Source: an uncultured Verrucomicrobiae bacterium (GTDB taxonomy: Bacteria > Verrucomicrobiota > Verrucomicrobiia > Chthoniobacterales > UBA10450). From it: a stretch of DNA of 64,000 nt. Shown piece after piece: positions 22,176-31,695 of the stretch. The DNA is taken from assembly GCA_963815455.1 (NCBI GenBank), contig CAWFGO010000001.1, positions 96,001 to 160,000 on the forward strand, given 5' to 3'. Numbering within the stretch: position 1 is the first letter of the stretch; every line of letters begins with the position of its first letter. A model generated the notes under the pieces. It made no database searches, had not been told where the DNA came from, and worked only from the letters and a program-made list of their open reading frames with translations. The position numbers were made by a program, and so were the translations under genes.

Positions 22176-24812
22176 TCAGCGTTTCGCCTGGAAATCGGCC
22201 AGGAGCTTTTCGTACTTCAGCGTGGAAGGATGATTCGGGCCCAGGACTCTGCGCGCACCTTCCGCCGCGCGGCGCGCAAACTCGTTCGCTTCGGAAATCT
22301 TGTTCTGCCGGACCAGGCCGCGGGCGAAATCGTAGCAGGATTCCAAAGTATCGGGATGAGTCGGCCCAACTATCTTTTCCCGCAGTTGAAGGACGTTGCG
22401 CATTTCGGCATCGGCGTCCTGGCCCTGATCCATTTGCGTTCTGGCCAGGCCGCTGCGGCTGGACAACGTAATCGGATGCTCGGGCCCGAGCACCTTCTCT
22501 TCGAGCTTGATCAGGTCCCGAAACTGCGCTTCGGCCTCGGCATACTTGCCTTCGCCTTCGAGAATATTGGCCAGGGTGTCACGAGCACCGAGCGTGGCGG
22601 GGTTCTCCGCGCCGCTGGTCGCTTCCAGACGTCTGACGACCGGCCAAATTTCGGCCTCGGCCTCGGCATACTTGCCTTGTCGAGCGAGCGAGTCGGCAAG
22701 GTTGTTGCGGCTTCCAAGTGTATCGGGATTTTCCGGCCCGAGCACTTTCCTTTCGATCCCGATAAGCTGGCGAAACTGCGCCTCCGCTTCAGCATATTTG
22801 CCCTCGTTTTGCAGCATCACCGCGAGATTGTTGCGGCTCCCAAGGGTGTCGGGATGCTCCGGCCCGAGCACTTTCTCCCGCAGGCCTAACACGTCGCGAA
22901 ATTCGGCCACCGATTCCGCATATTTTCCCTCCGCTCCGAGCACCCCGGCAAGATTGTCGCGGGCTCCGAGTGTATCGGGATGTTCCGGGCCGAGCACTTT
23001 CCCCCTCAGTTTGATGACCTCACGAAACAGCGCTTCCGCGTCGGCATACTTGCCTTCATTTTGCAGCGTGACGGCGAGATTATTGCGATTGTCGAGCGTG
23101 TCAGGATGCGTCGGCCCGAGCACTTTCTCTTCCAGTTTGATCAGATCCCGAAACTGCGGTTCCGCCTCGGCAAATTTGCCCTCGCTTAGTAGCGTCGTAG
23201 CGAGCTTGTTACGGCTTTCAAGGGTATCGGGATGCTCTGGTCCGAGCACTTTTCCCCTGAGTTCCAGCACTTGTCGATATTCGGCTTCCGCTTCAGCATA
23301 CTTGCCTCGACTCAAGAAGGTGAAAGCCAGGTTGCCCCGGGTCCTCAGAGTGTCGGGGTGCTCAGGTCCGAGCACTTTTCCTCGGAGTTCGAGCACCTGT
23401 CGATATTCGCTTTCTGCATCCGTATACTTGCCTTCGCCCATGAGCGCGTTGGCCACACCGTGACGGCTGGAGAGCGTGTCAGGGTGTTCGCGGCCAATTA
23501 CCTTTTGCTCCAGCTTGATGACCTCCCGAAACCCGGCTTCCGCTTCGGCATATTTGCCTTGCCGGTAAAATGCGTAGGCCAAACGGGCCCGACTTCTCAG
23601 GGTGTCGGGATGTTCCGGACCGAAAACACGAGCGCGTACTTCAACAACGCTGCGCAGTACTTTTCCCGCGTCGCTGTATTGCCCCTGATCAATGAGCAGA
23701 TCGGCAATTGCGTATTGAACTTCCGACCAATCTTCCGGGTGGCGATCGCGATCAGTCAGTTTCTCAGCTTCGCGGAAGTATTCCATCGCGTGAACGTATT
23801 GAATGCGTTTCTGCGCCGACAGGCCCGCCAGTTTTAGACCAGCGACCGCAGCGCCCAACTTTGGCGGCGCACTTTTTTGTGCCTCGTCCGCCGCTTGCAA
23901 AGCCAAACGCTCCGCTTCGACATAGTCTTTCGTCACGTAAGCGGCGTTCGCGCGCTCGAAAAGACTCGCCTTGGGCGATTGCTTCAGTTGCTCGGCAAAC
24001 TTTGGGAGCTTTTCTCGAAGGACTTTCGGGTCAAGCCCGAGCTGTTTCCCGAGCTCGCTGTAAACGCGTTCCTCCAGTGCCGCCTGGTTTTCACCGGCTC
24101 GAGCTTGAACGTTCTCGACGATCGCGCCTCTTGGCCGCGCGGTGGTTTCGCCGGTTTGAGCCTGGCGCGCCCGGGCCTCGATGTTTGGATAATCCATGAT
24201 GCCTTCCCGCAGCTTGGCAATCTCGGACTTCATCTCGGCCTGGCCGTGCAGTTGCCAGATTACCAAACCGACGATGACCACAAGCAGCGCCGTAATACCC
24301 AACGCCCACTGTTTCACTCCGCGTCGAAGCTGGGTAAGATCGTCGCGCAGTTTGAGAACACTCGCCTCCAGTCCTTCGGTCGTGGTCAGAGAATGGTAAA
24401 CGTGCGTGTCGGACTGCAACGTGCGGCGATAGGCATCTTGCAATTCGCGAAGCTCTTCCGGCTCTGGTTCGTGGGGATCGATCGGAAAGGTTTCGTCGAT
24501 GAAAAGATACCAGACCTTCTTGTCCCGTTTTCGCGCATAGAGCCCTTCGTACTGGGTGTAACTAACCCGGCCGAATTCTTCATCCGCTCCCGGCGGTTCC
24601 GCGCCGTAACATTGTCCAACGAGTTGAACGACGCCCTTGCACTGATCGATTTGCTGGCGCAGCAATCCGCGCAGATCCCCGCCCTCGGTCCCGAAAATAT
24701 CCTGCCACACCGGCTGATAGCCCAAAAAGGTCAGCGTGTTAGCGACCAGTTGCCGAGCGCTGCGAAGCTCACGGCTCACCGCAGAAACGAAAATCAGGGG
24801 ACGCGGAGTCAC
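22176..24812 (-). CDS. DUF4062-like N-terminal domain, one TM helix and 12 kinesin-light-chain-type 42-aa TPR repeats
   Basis: IFVSAVSRELRSARQ..VGQCYG..SYTQYE; TM WALGITALLVVIVGLVIW; 12 GPEHPDTL-like motifs. Confidence 0.88.
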   Translation of the reverse strand: MTPRPLIFVSAVSRELRSARQLVANTLTFLGYQPVWQDIFGTEGGDLRGLLRQQIDQCKGVVQLVGQCYGAEPPGADEEFGRVSYTQYEGLYARKRDKKVWYLFIDETFPIDPHEPEPEELRELQDAYRRTLQSDTHVYHSLTTTEGLEASVLKLRDDLTQLRRGVKQWALGITALLVVIVGLVIWQLHGQAEMKSEIAKLREGIMDYPNIEARARQAQTGETTARPRGAIVENVQARAGENQAALEERVYSELGKQLGLDPKVLREKLPKFAEQLKQSPKASLFERANAAYVTKDYVEAERLALQAADEAQKSAPPKLGAAVAGLKLAGLSAQKRIQYVHAMEYFREAEKLTDRDRHPEDWSEVQYAIADLLIDQGQYSDAGKVLRSVVEVRARVFGPEHPDTLRSRARLAYAFYRQGKYAEAEAGFREVIKLEQKVIGREHPDTLSSRHGVANALMGEGKYTDAESEYRQVLELRGKVLGPEHPDTLRTRGNLAFTFLSRGKYAEAEAEYRQVLELRGKVLGPEHPDTLESRNKLATTLLSEGKFAEAEPQFRDLIKLEEKVLGPTHPDTLDNRNNLAVTLQNEGKYADAEALFREVIKLRGKVLGPEHPDTLGARDNLAGVLGAEGKYAESVAEFRDVLGLREKVLGPEHPDTLGSRNNLAVMLQNEGKYAEAEAQFRQLIGIERKVLGPENPDTLGSRNNLADSLARQGKYAEAEAEIWPVVRRLEATSGAENPATLGARDTLANILEGEGKYAEAEAQFRDLIKLEEKVLGPEHPITLSSRSGLARTQMDQGQDADAEMRNVLQLREKIVGPTHPDTLESCYDFARGLVRQNKISEANEFARRAAEGARRVLGPNHPSTLKYEKLLADFQAKR

Positions 24813-24825
24813 CTGTCTTCAGGTA

Positions 24826-26780
24826 TCAAGTTGTGCCGCCTGTGACAAGCGCCGATGCAGCCGTGCGGCGCACATGATATGCCGGCAGCGTGCCATACCC
24901 TTTCGCCATCGGGGTTTGCCCTACGTAATCGCATGTAAAACCCTGCTCGTGACGCGCCGCCGCGAGCGCGGCGAATAATTCGCTGGCATAAACTTGCCCG
25001 GGCGGAGTAATCGGCTCGATCCGCGCGGCCCGGCTCACATGCGTCCCGCTATAGCTCCGGCTCCCGGTAATCGGGTCGTTGAATTCGTAAACCGGCCCCG
25101 CATGAAGCCCGATTCGAAGATTCAGGCCGGTTCGAAAACCTTTCTCCTCCCACTTTGTCGCGGCCACGAATTCGGCCAGAGCCAGCGCAAAATTTCCCGC
25201 AACATCGACATCGGAAAACACGAAGTAGAGGCCGTCGCCCCATGTGTTTTTCGCGATAATGCTTTCCCGGAATTTCTCGCTCAACTTCGCGATTCCCCCG
25301 AGAAAATATTGCACAAACCGCGGCACCTCGGCCTCGCTCAACTTGCTGAAGCCGACCGCATCGGCAAAAAGGATCGCCACGATACGCGAACCAAATCCTT
25401 CCGATCCGGTAGGGCGAGACTCCGTAGAACCGACAAATTTTTTCGCTCCGCGGCGCCGCGCAACATCGGCGATAGAGGCAAGATCGACAATCTCCGGCTC
25501 GTAACCGAGGCTTCGCCAAGCTTGGACGGCGCTGGCTGCCCCGCCCGGACCATCGCCGGTTAGGCCATCCCAGACCGCCATGGGAATCAAATCCGTATCC
25601 AGTCGATGCGCACGAATCGTCGCCAGGCCGAGAATGAGATCGTTACAGAATTCGTAGGACACACCGCCAATTTCGAGCCGTTGACTCGAAGCAGTAATCA
25701 CCCGCGCCGCCCGCTCGAGAACCCGAGTCGAAGCGCGCGCGCCAATTCGTCTTGGGCAAGAAATCGACGCTATCGCGCAAAAATTCCTCTTCCACATAAG
25801 GCAGCACGACGGAGATCTTCGCGCCGTGATCGAGCATGGCTTCCAGAAAAAGAATGTCGGAGCCGCATGCAGCCGAAGCGAAACCAAACCCAGGCTTCAA
25901 TCTGTCGATCCTATTCTGAATTTCCTGCGCGACGACTGGTTCGAGTTCCGGGGGAAACCGCGGCGCAGGCCGATCCGCTCGATCGATCATATGCCCGGCA
26001 AATATCATCACGCTGGGAATGTGAAGATACTTGTCGATCCAATTCGAGGTCTCGTTCCAATGCGTGAGAATCAGCCGCGCATTCCGCCGGCTGGAATTGA
26101 GGTCGCCGTAGCGATTTTTTCCCAATTCGGCGGCCCGTGCATACCATTCTTCCGCCTGCTTCCAATCGCGCAGGATCAGGGCCGCTTCTCCGAGCACTGC
26201 AAGTTCCCAGTAGGAATCTCCGGCCGGACTTTGAATTTCCTTCAGGCATTGTTCGCGCACCGCATTGGCAATCTCTCGAGCACGCTCAGTCTCATTCGTA
26301 AGAAGGCTCATGGTAGCCGCGTTGATCCCGGTCCAGTAACCACCGGTCGCGCGATAGGCCTCGGCATAGATTTCCGCCGCGCGCGCGAGGAATTTTTCGC
26401 GTTCGCCCGGTGTGGCCGCGGTCGCGGCCAGATCTTTGTAAGTGCGGCCGAGCATGCCGAGCGTTTCTTCACCGGTTTGACCTTCGCTGCGTAATTCTTC
26501 CAGAGCCGCGTTGGCTCGTTCCGTTGCTCCGCTCCGCGCCAGGGCGAGGCCCCGCAGTTGCCGTAACCGGATGTCGGCTGAGAATTTCGTTAAGCCTTCA
26601 TGAACCACATCGTAGGCCAGTAACGGTTCGCCCTGCGCCAGAATGCGTTCGCCCAGACACGCGATACGCTTCAGCAGATTGCGACCATTCCTCCGGCTCG
26701 CGCGCCCGCCAGATTGCCATCAACTCCGCAACGTCGGCCGACGCAGCGCGTTCAAGCAACTTGTCGATCTTGTCCGGCAC
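24826..26780 (-). CDS. TPR-sensor + SLOG-like + class III nucleotide cyclase protein; frameshifts near 26660 and 25725
   Basis: ETLGMLGRTYKD/YWTGINAATM; FAGHMID..SAACGSDILFLE; ILFADAVGFSKL, TWGDG, RIGLHAGPV, AARIEP; three consecutive ORF pieces. Confidence 0.82.
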
Positions 26781-26789
26781 TTTCGAATT

Positions 26790-27492
26790 TTATGCCTTGC
26801 CCGCTCTTTGCCGAAGAACAATTTCGGCCATTGGCAGATCGCGCGGATATGTGATCTTGAAGTTGAAATCCTGATTCGGGACGAGAACGATTTTGCGACC
26901 AAGATGTTCAACCGCGGAAACTTCATCGGTCACCACAAGCTTCTTGTCGGTCACTGCGCGGTAGGCTTCTTCCAGCAGCTTTATCTCAAACACTTGCGGC
27001 GTTTGCATCGCGTAAACTTGGTGGCGATCGACCGAACCGGTCACAACCAAATCATTATCCGAGCCGGATGGATCAACATCGGCCCGCTTGAGTGTGTCAC
27101 TGATCGGCTCGGCCAGGGTCGCCGCTCCGTGAGCACGGCCGGCTTCGAAAACGCGCGTGATTTTCTCCGGCGTAATGAGCGGCCGGGCCGCATCGTGAAC
27201 AGCGACAAAATCAGCGCTCGGATCGAGATTCTCCAGGCCGATGCGACACGGAGTCGTAACGCTCGGCACCGCCCGCCACGATCTTTCTCGTCTTTGTTTG
27301 CGGCCCAAGGAGCTTGCGCAGTTCGGCGAGACTGTCGCTGCGCCCGACGAGAATAATTTCATCTACGCAGCTCGTGCGTTCGAACGCCTCGATGGTATGC
27401 GCGATCACCGGCTTGTTCGCCAACGGCGCAAAGAGCTTGTCGAAGCCCATCCGCTCGCTGCTGCCGGCGGCGACGATGATCGCGGTTAGCAT
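26790..27492 (-). CDS. ispD: 2-C-methyl-D-erythritol 4-phosphate cytidylyltransferase; frameshift near 27245
   Basis: IIVAAGSSERMG, GGAERYDSV, VHDAARP, QTPQVF, NFKITYPRDL. Confidence 0.93.
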
Positions 27493-27545
27493 GGTTGAGA
27501 GCGTTGAGTCGTCTGACAGAGTTGAGAAGAGGTCGAGATATCCAC

Positions 27546-28019
27546 TCAACCTCTCAACGTTCTCAGCTCACTCAATTGTTTCTGCACTTCCGCGCTCAAT
27601 GTCTTGCCATCGGCGCGGCCGGCAACTTTCTCTTGCAATGCTTTCATCACCGCGCCCATCTGCGCTTTCGACGTGGCGCCGGTCTCGGCGATCGTTTCGC
27701 GCACGATCTTCGCCAAATCATCCGCGCTCATCGCCTGCGGCAAATACGAACTTAAGATCGACAATTCTTCCTTTTCCTTCGCCGCCAGCTCCGGCCGCCC
27801 GCCTTTCTCAAAACTCTCGATCGAGTCCTGCCGTTGTTTGACCTGCTTGCGAATCACTTGCGTTGCTTCGCCATCGTTCAGCACGCCTTCCGCGCCCGAT
27901 TTTTCGATCGCCGCATATTTTATGGCGGCTTTAAGCATGCGCAGGACGCCCAACTTGGTCGCATCCTTGGCGCGCATCGCCTCTTTCAAATCCGAATCGA
28001 CTCGTTCCGAGAGTGTCAT
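27546..28019 (-). CDS. GatB/YqeY domain protein
   Basis: DLKEAMRAKD, KQRQDSIESF..GR, MGAVMK..GRADGK. Confidence 0.92.
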   Translation of the reverse strand: MTLSERVDSDLKEAMRAKDATKLGVLRMLKAAIKYAAIEKSGAEGVLNDGEATQVIRKQVKQRQDSIESFEKGGRPELAAKEKEELSILSSYLPQAMSADDLAKIVRETIAETGATSKAQMGAVMKALQEKVAGRADGKTLSAEVQKQLSELRTLRG

Positions 28020-28058
28020 GCGGTCAGGCTACGATAGCGGTAGAGCCGCGCAACTCAA

Positions 28059-28985
28059 TCAGGCCAGGATTTCGGCGCATTTGCGCGCCGACTCGGCATC
28101 GCTCACCGAGACAACATCGACATCTTTGCGCGTTCGCTTAAGTAAGCCGGCGAGAACGCCGCCGGGCCCAAGTTCGATGAAAAAATCGCAGCCGAGACCA
28201 AGCAGCCGCTCCATGCAATCGGCCCAGCGGACCGTGCTCGTGACCTGGTCCTGCAATGTGCGATGAACATCCGGCAGAGTCTTGACCTCGTCGCCAGTCA
28301 CGTTGCTGATAACAGGAAACTGAGGCAGCTGCATCTGCACATCGAGAAGAGCAGACCCGAGCTTTTGATACGCGCTGTCCATCAATCGCGAGTGATATGC
28401 GCCCGCAACGTTGAGCATTGTTGCCCTGCGAATTCCATATTCCCTGGCCACGCCGACCGCCGTTTCCACCTTGGCCAGTTCACCCGAGATCACGATCTGA
28501 CCGGGTGAATTGATATTGGCAACATCGACATCCTCGGCTGCCGCCAGGCGACGCACGTCATTTTCTGCGCCGCCAATCAACGCCGCCATGCCGCCGGTTG
28601 TTGCGGAACAGGCTTCATCCATGAATTTGCCGCGCTTCTGCACAAGCAAAAGACCGTTCGCAAAATCAAACGTACCCGCCGCTGCGTGCGCGGTCAGTTC
28701 GCCCAAGGATAACCCGGCTGCGCCGCCAATAGGAAAACTACCCGCCAGGTCGCGCACAGTCGCCAGACACGCGAGGCCATGAACATAAAGCGCCGGCTGA
28801 CAATTGCTCGTCTTGGTCAGCTCTTCGATCGGACCATTCCACGCAATCTCGCTCAATTTGCGGCCGAGGGTTTCATCCGCCTTTTGGAACATCTCCGCCG
28901 CGACGGGAAATTGATCGGCCAGATCGCGCCCCATCCCGACGGCTTGCGCACCTTGCCCGGCAAACAATAGTGCAATTTTCTTCAT
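28059..28985 (-). CDS. fabD: Malonyl CoA-ACP transacylase
   Basis: FAGQGAQAVGMG, GLSLGE, GAYHS, ELGPG. Confidence 0.95.
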   Translation of the reverse strand: MKKIALLFAGQGAQAVGMGRDLADQFPVAAEMFQKADETLGRKLSEIAWNGPIEELTKTSNCQPALYVHGLACLATVRDLAGSFPIGGAAGLSLGELTAHAAAGTFDFANGLLLVQKRGKFMDEACSATTGGMAALIGGAENDVRRLAAAEDVDVANINSPGQIVISGELAKVETAVGVAREYGIRRATMLNVAGAYHSRLMDSAYQKLGSALLDVQMQLPQFPVISNVTGDEVKTLPDVHRTLQDQVTSTVRWADCMERLLGLGCDFFIELGPGGVLAGLLKRTRKDVDVVSVSDAESARKCAEILA

Positions 28986-29118
28986 AGCTTCAGTTAGTTA
29001 ATCGCAATCTCTCAATAGGGCGAGCCTCTTCTCCTTCTATCGTACCGCCCGTCATCCTTTTTCCTTGCCAAAGGCAACTCCCCCGGCATAACAAGGACCG
29101 CCGTTAACCCAATTCGTC

Positions 29119-29655
29119 ATGAAAAATTATCTAATCTGCCTGCCGCTTTTGTTTCTTACCTCCTGCGCCACCATTACTCGTGGCGTCCACGAAAAACTCT
29201 ACGTAAACAGCGATCCGTCAGGAGCGAATGTTAAACTTTCGACCGGTGAAAACGGTGTCACCCCAGCAAAATTCGTAAAGAGCCGCCGAGGTGAATCGTT
29301 CACGGTGACGGTGTCCAAGGCAGGGTACATTCCCCAGACGGTAAGAGTTGAAAGCAAATTTTCCTCAACTGGAGGAACGGCAATGGTGGGCGGCCTTCTG
29401 GCTGGCGGAGTTATCAGCGGAGGCATCGATGCCGCAAGCGGCGCCTACAATTCTCTCTATCCGAACCCAGTTTCGGCGAATTTGGTTCCAACTGGCAAAG
29501 CCGGCAAGCGTGCCAGGAGCGAGCCCGCAATCGAGCTAGCTCCAGCCCCGCCGAAGAAAACTTCATCGCCCAAGCCCAAGCCAACGCCGAAGCCCAAATC
29601 AACGCCAAAGCCCACGCCATCCCCAACGCCAAGTCGCTCGTTCCGGCCGCGCTAA
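29119..29655 (+). CDS. PEGA-domain lipoprotein with Pro/Lys-rich tail
   Basis: Lipobox LTSC; VNSDPSGANV..GVTP; PKPKPTPKP tail. Confidence 0.78.
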   Translation: MKNYLICLPLLFLTSCATITRGVHEKLYVNSDPSGANVKLSTGENGVTPAKFVKSRRGESFTVTVSKAGYIPQTVRVESKFSSTGGTAMVGGLLAGGVISGGIDAASGAYNSLYPNPVSANLVPTGKAGKRARSEPAIELAPAPPKKTSSPKPKPTPKPKSTPKPTPSPTPSRSFRPR

Positions 29656-29808
29656 CGGCGCAGGCGTGAAGTTTCTGGTTTGAATTAGATCAGACGGAGC
29701 TGCGCTCCCCGTGCGAGAGCGCGATTTCTGGTAACGCGTGCGCTATCCAGTAGAAATTGCTCTTGCACCTCGTCACCGACTCGCGAGCGTAAATGAGTTG
29801 TCGATCCT

Positions 29809-31065
29809 ATGGCCTTCACTGTGCGCGAAATTGAATCTCCCGATCCGGTAACGCGAGTTGCGGCGGCGGACGCGCGGTTGCGCCAGGACGATGACGATAT
29901 CGGCGAGAAAATGGTGCTCAATATGGGGCCGTCACACCCGGCCACCCACGGCGTGCTGCGGCTGGTACTCGAACTGGACGGCGAGATCATTGTTAAGGCC
30001 ACGCCGGATGTCGGCTTTCTGCATCGCGGAGATGAAAAAATCGCCGAGAACATGCAGTACAATCAGTTCGTCCCCTACACCGACCGGCTCGATTATCTCG
30101 CGCCGCTCTCGAACAATGTCGCTTACGCGCTGGCGGTGGAAAAGTTGATGGGTTGGGACATCCCGCCGCGCGGCCAGGCGATTCGCACGATTTGCTGTGA
30201 AACGTCGCGCATCTCGTCCCATTTGATGGGCCTTGGCGCCATGGCTCTCGATCTCGGCGCGATGAGCGTTTTTCTCTACACTTTTACCGAGCGCGAAAAA
30301 CTCTACGATCTTTTCGAGCTATTGACCGGCGCTAGGTTTACCACCTCTTACACGCGGGTTGGCGGACAGATTCGCGACTTGCCGGACAAGTTCATCCCGC
30401 AACTCAACAAATTTCTGGACGAGTTCATCCCGCAACTGGACGAGATCGACAAGTTGCTCACTCGGAACCGTATCTTTGTCGATCGAACGAAAGACATCGG
30501 GGCGATCCCAAAGGATCGCGCGATTGCCTACGCCCTCTCGGGGCCGAACCTGCGCGGCAGCGGAATCGACCACGATTTGCGCCGCAAACACCCGTATCTC
30601 GATTACGACCAATACGATTTCGATGTCATCGTCGGCAGCGCGGGTGATTGCTACGATCGCTATTTAGTGCGCATCGAGGAGATGCGGCAAAGCGTCCGCA
30701 TTTTGCGGCAAGTGATCGACAGATTGCCGGGTGGCCCGATCAATGTGGTCGATTGGAAAAACATGACGCCGCCGAAATCGCACGTGATGACGAAGATGGA
30801 AGAACTCATCCATCATTTTATTGTCGTGACGGAGGGCCCCAATGTGCCGCCTGGCGAGATTTATTTCGCCACCGAAAATCCGAAAGGCGAGCTCGGTTTT
30901 TACATCAACAGCAAGGGCGGTGGCGTGCCGCACCGGTTGAAAATCCGGGCGCCATCATTTGTAAACCTGAGCATCTTGCCGGAACTCTTGCCCGGTTGCA
31001 TGGTGAGCGACGTGCCTGCGGTCCTCGGGAGTCTGGACTTCGTGATGGGTGAATGCGACAGATGA
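29809..31065 (+). CDS. nuoD: NADH-quinone oxidoreductase subunit D
   Basis: LNMGPSHPATHGVLR, GFLHRG, DRLDY, GECDR. Confidence 0.97.
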   Translation: MAFTVREIESPDPVTRVAAADARLRQDDDDIGEKMVLNMGPSHPATHGVLRLVLELDGEIIVKATPDVGFLHRGDEKIAENMQYNQFVPYTDRLDYLAPLSNNVAYALAVEKLMGWDIPPRGQAIRTICCETSRISSHLMGLGAMALDLGAMSVFLYTFTEREKLYDLFELLTGARFTTSYTRVGGQIRDLPDKFIPQLNKFLDEFIPQLDEIDKLLTRNRIFVDRTKDIGAIPKDRAIAYALSGPNLRGSGIDHDLRRKHPYLDYDQYDFDVIVGSAGDCYDRYLVRIEEMRQSVRILRQVIDRLPGGPINVVDWKNMTPPKSHVMTKMEELIHHFIVVTEGPNVPPGEIYFATENPKGELGFYINSKGGGVPHRLKIRAPSFVNLSILPELLPGCMVSDVPAVLGSLDFVMGECDR

Positions 31066-31367
31066 GTATGAAATTATCGACCCTGCGAATTTCGGTTCTA
31101 TCGATGTGCCTGTTGGCCGGGCTAATTTTAACCGGCTGTGATCGAGGCGGAACACTGACCCTGGCGAACTATAACAAGGTCACCGTTGGGATGTCCAAAA
31201 CGCAGGTAGAAAAGATTCTCGGCCCCCCGACCTCAGTCGAGAAGATCGACATGTTTATCTTCAAGAAGACGACATATCGGTACGAGGCCGGCAAAAAATT
31301 TGCGATGATTACTTTCAAGAACGACGAGGTGGATAGCAAAGATACCAATCTGGGCACGTCACCTTAA
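31062..31367 (+). CDS. Small lipoprotein (BamE/SmpA-like fold)
   Basis: Lipobox LTGC; GMSKTQVEKILGPP. Confidence 0.72.
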   Translation: MSMKLSTLRISVLSMCLLAGLILTGCDRGGTLTLANYNKVTVGMSKTQVEKILGPPTSVEKIDMFIFKKTTYRYEAGKKFAMITFKNDEVDSKDTNLGTSP

Positions 31368-31375
31368 TTGCGAAC

Positions 31376-31684
31376 ATGCCGACCCTGAGCCTTCTTTCCC
31401 GCACCGTAGCGCGTTGGCCTTTCCTGCTCATGCTCGTGCTCGTGTTCATGCTCGAAATCTCCTGCTCCAACCGGCGAATCACCGCGGCCAATGTCAATGA
31501 AGTGGTCGAGGGAATGTCCAAGAAACAGGTGGAGTCGATCCTCGGTCCGCCTACTTCAGTCGACAACGCCGATTTCGTTTTGATGAAAAAAATGACTTAC
31601 GTCTACCGGCAGGATAACGGCAGCGTGACGGTCGTTTTCAAAGACGACAAGGTCATCGAAAAACAAAGCACGTTGTCCGAATAG
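31376..31684 (+). CDS. Small lipoprotein, paralog of the preceding gene
   Basis: Hydrophobic leader ending ISC; GMSKKQVESILGPP. Confidence 0.72.
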   Translation: MPTLSLLSRTVARWPFLLMLVLVFMLEISCSNRRITAANVNEVVEGMSKKQVESILGPPTSVDNADFVLMKKMTYVYRQDNGSVTVVFKDDKVIEKQSTLSE

Positions 31685-31695
31685 CTTTTCCTCCG

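Noticed and set aside
22230..23640. 126-bp tandem repeats as a CRISPR array or DNA repeat element
   Set aside because: They are degenerate in-frame TPR coding repeats without a repeat-spacer structure.
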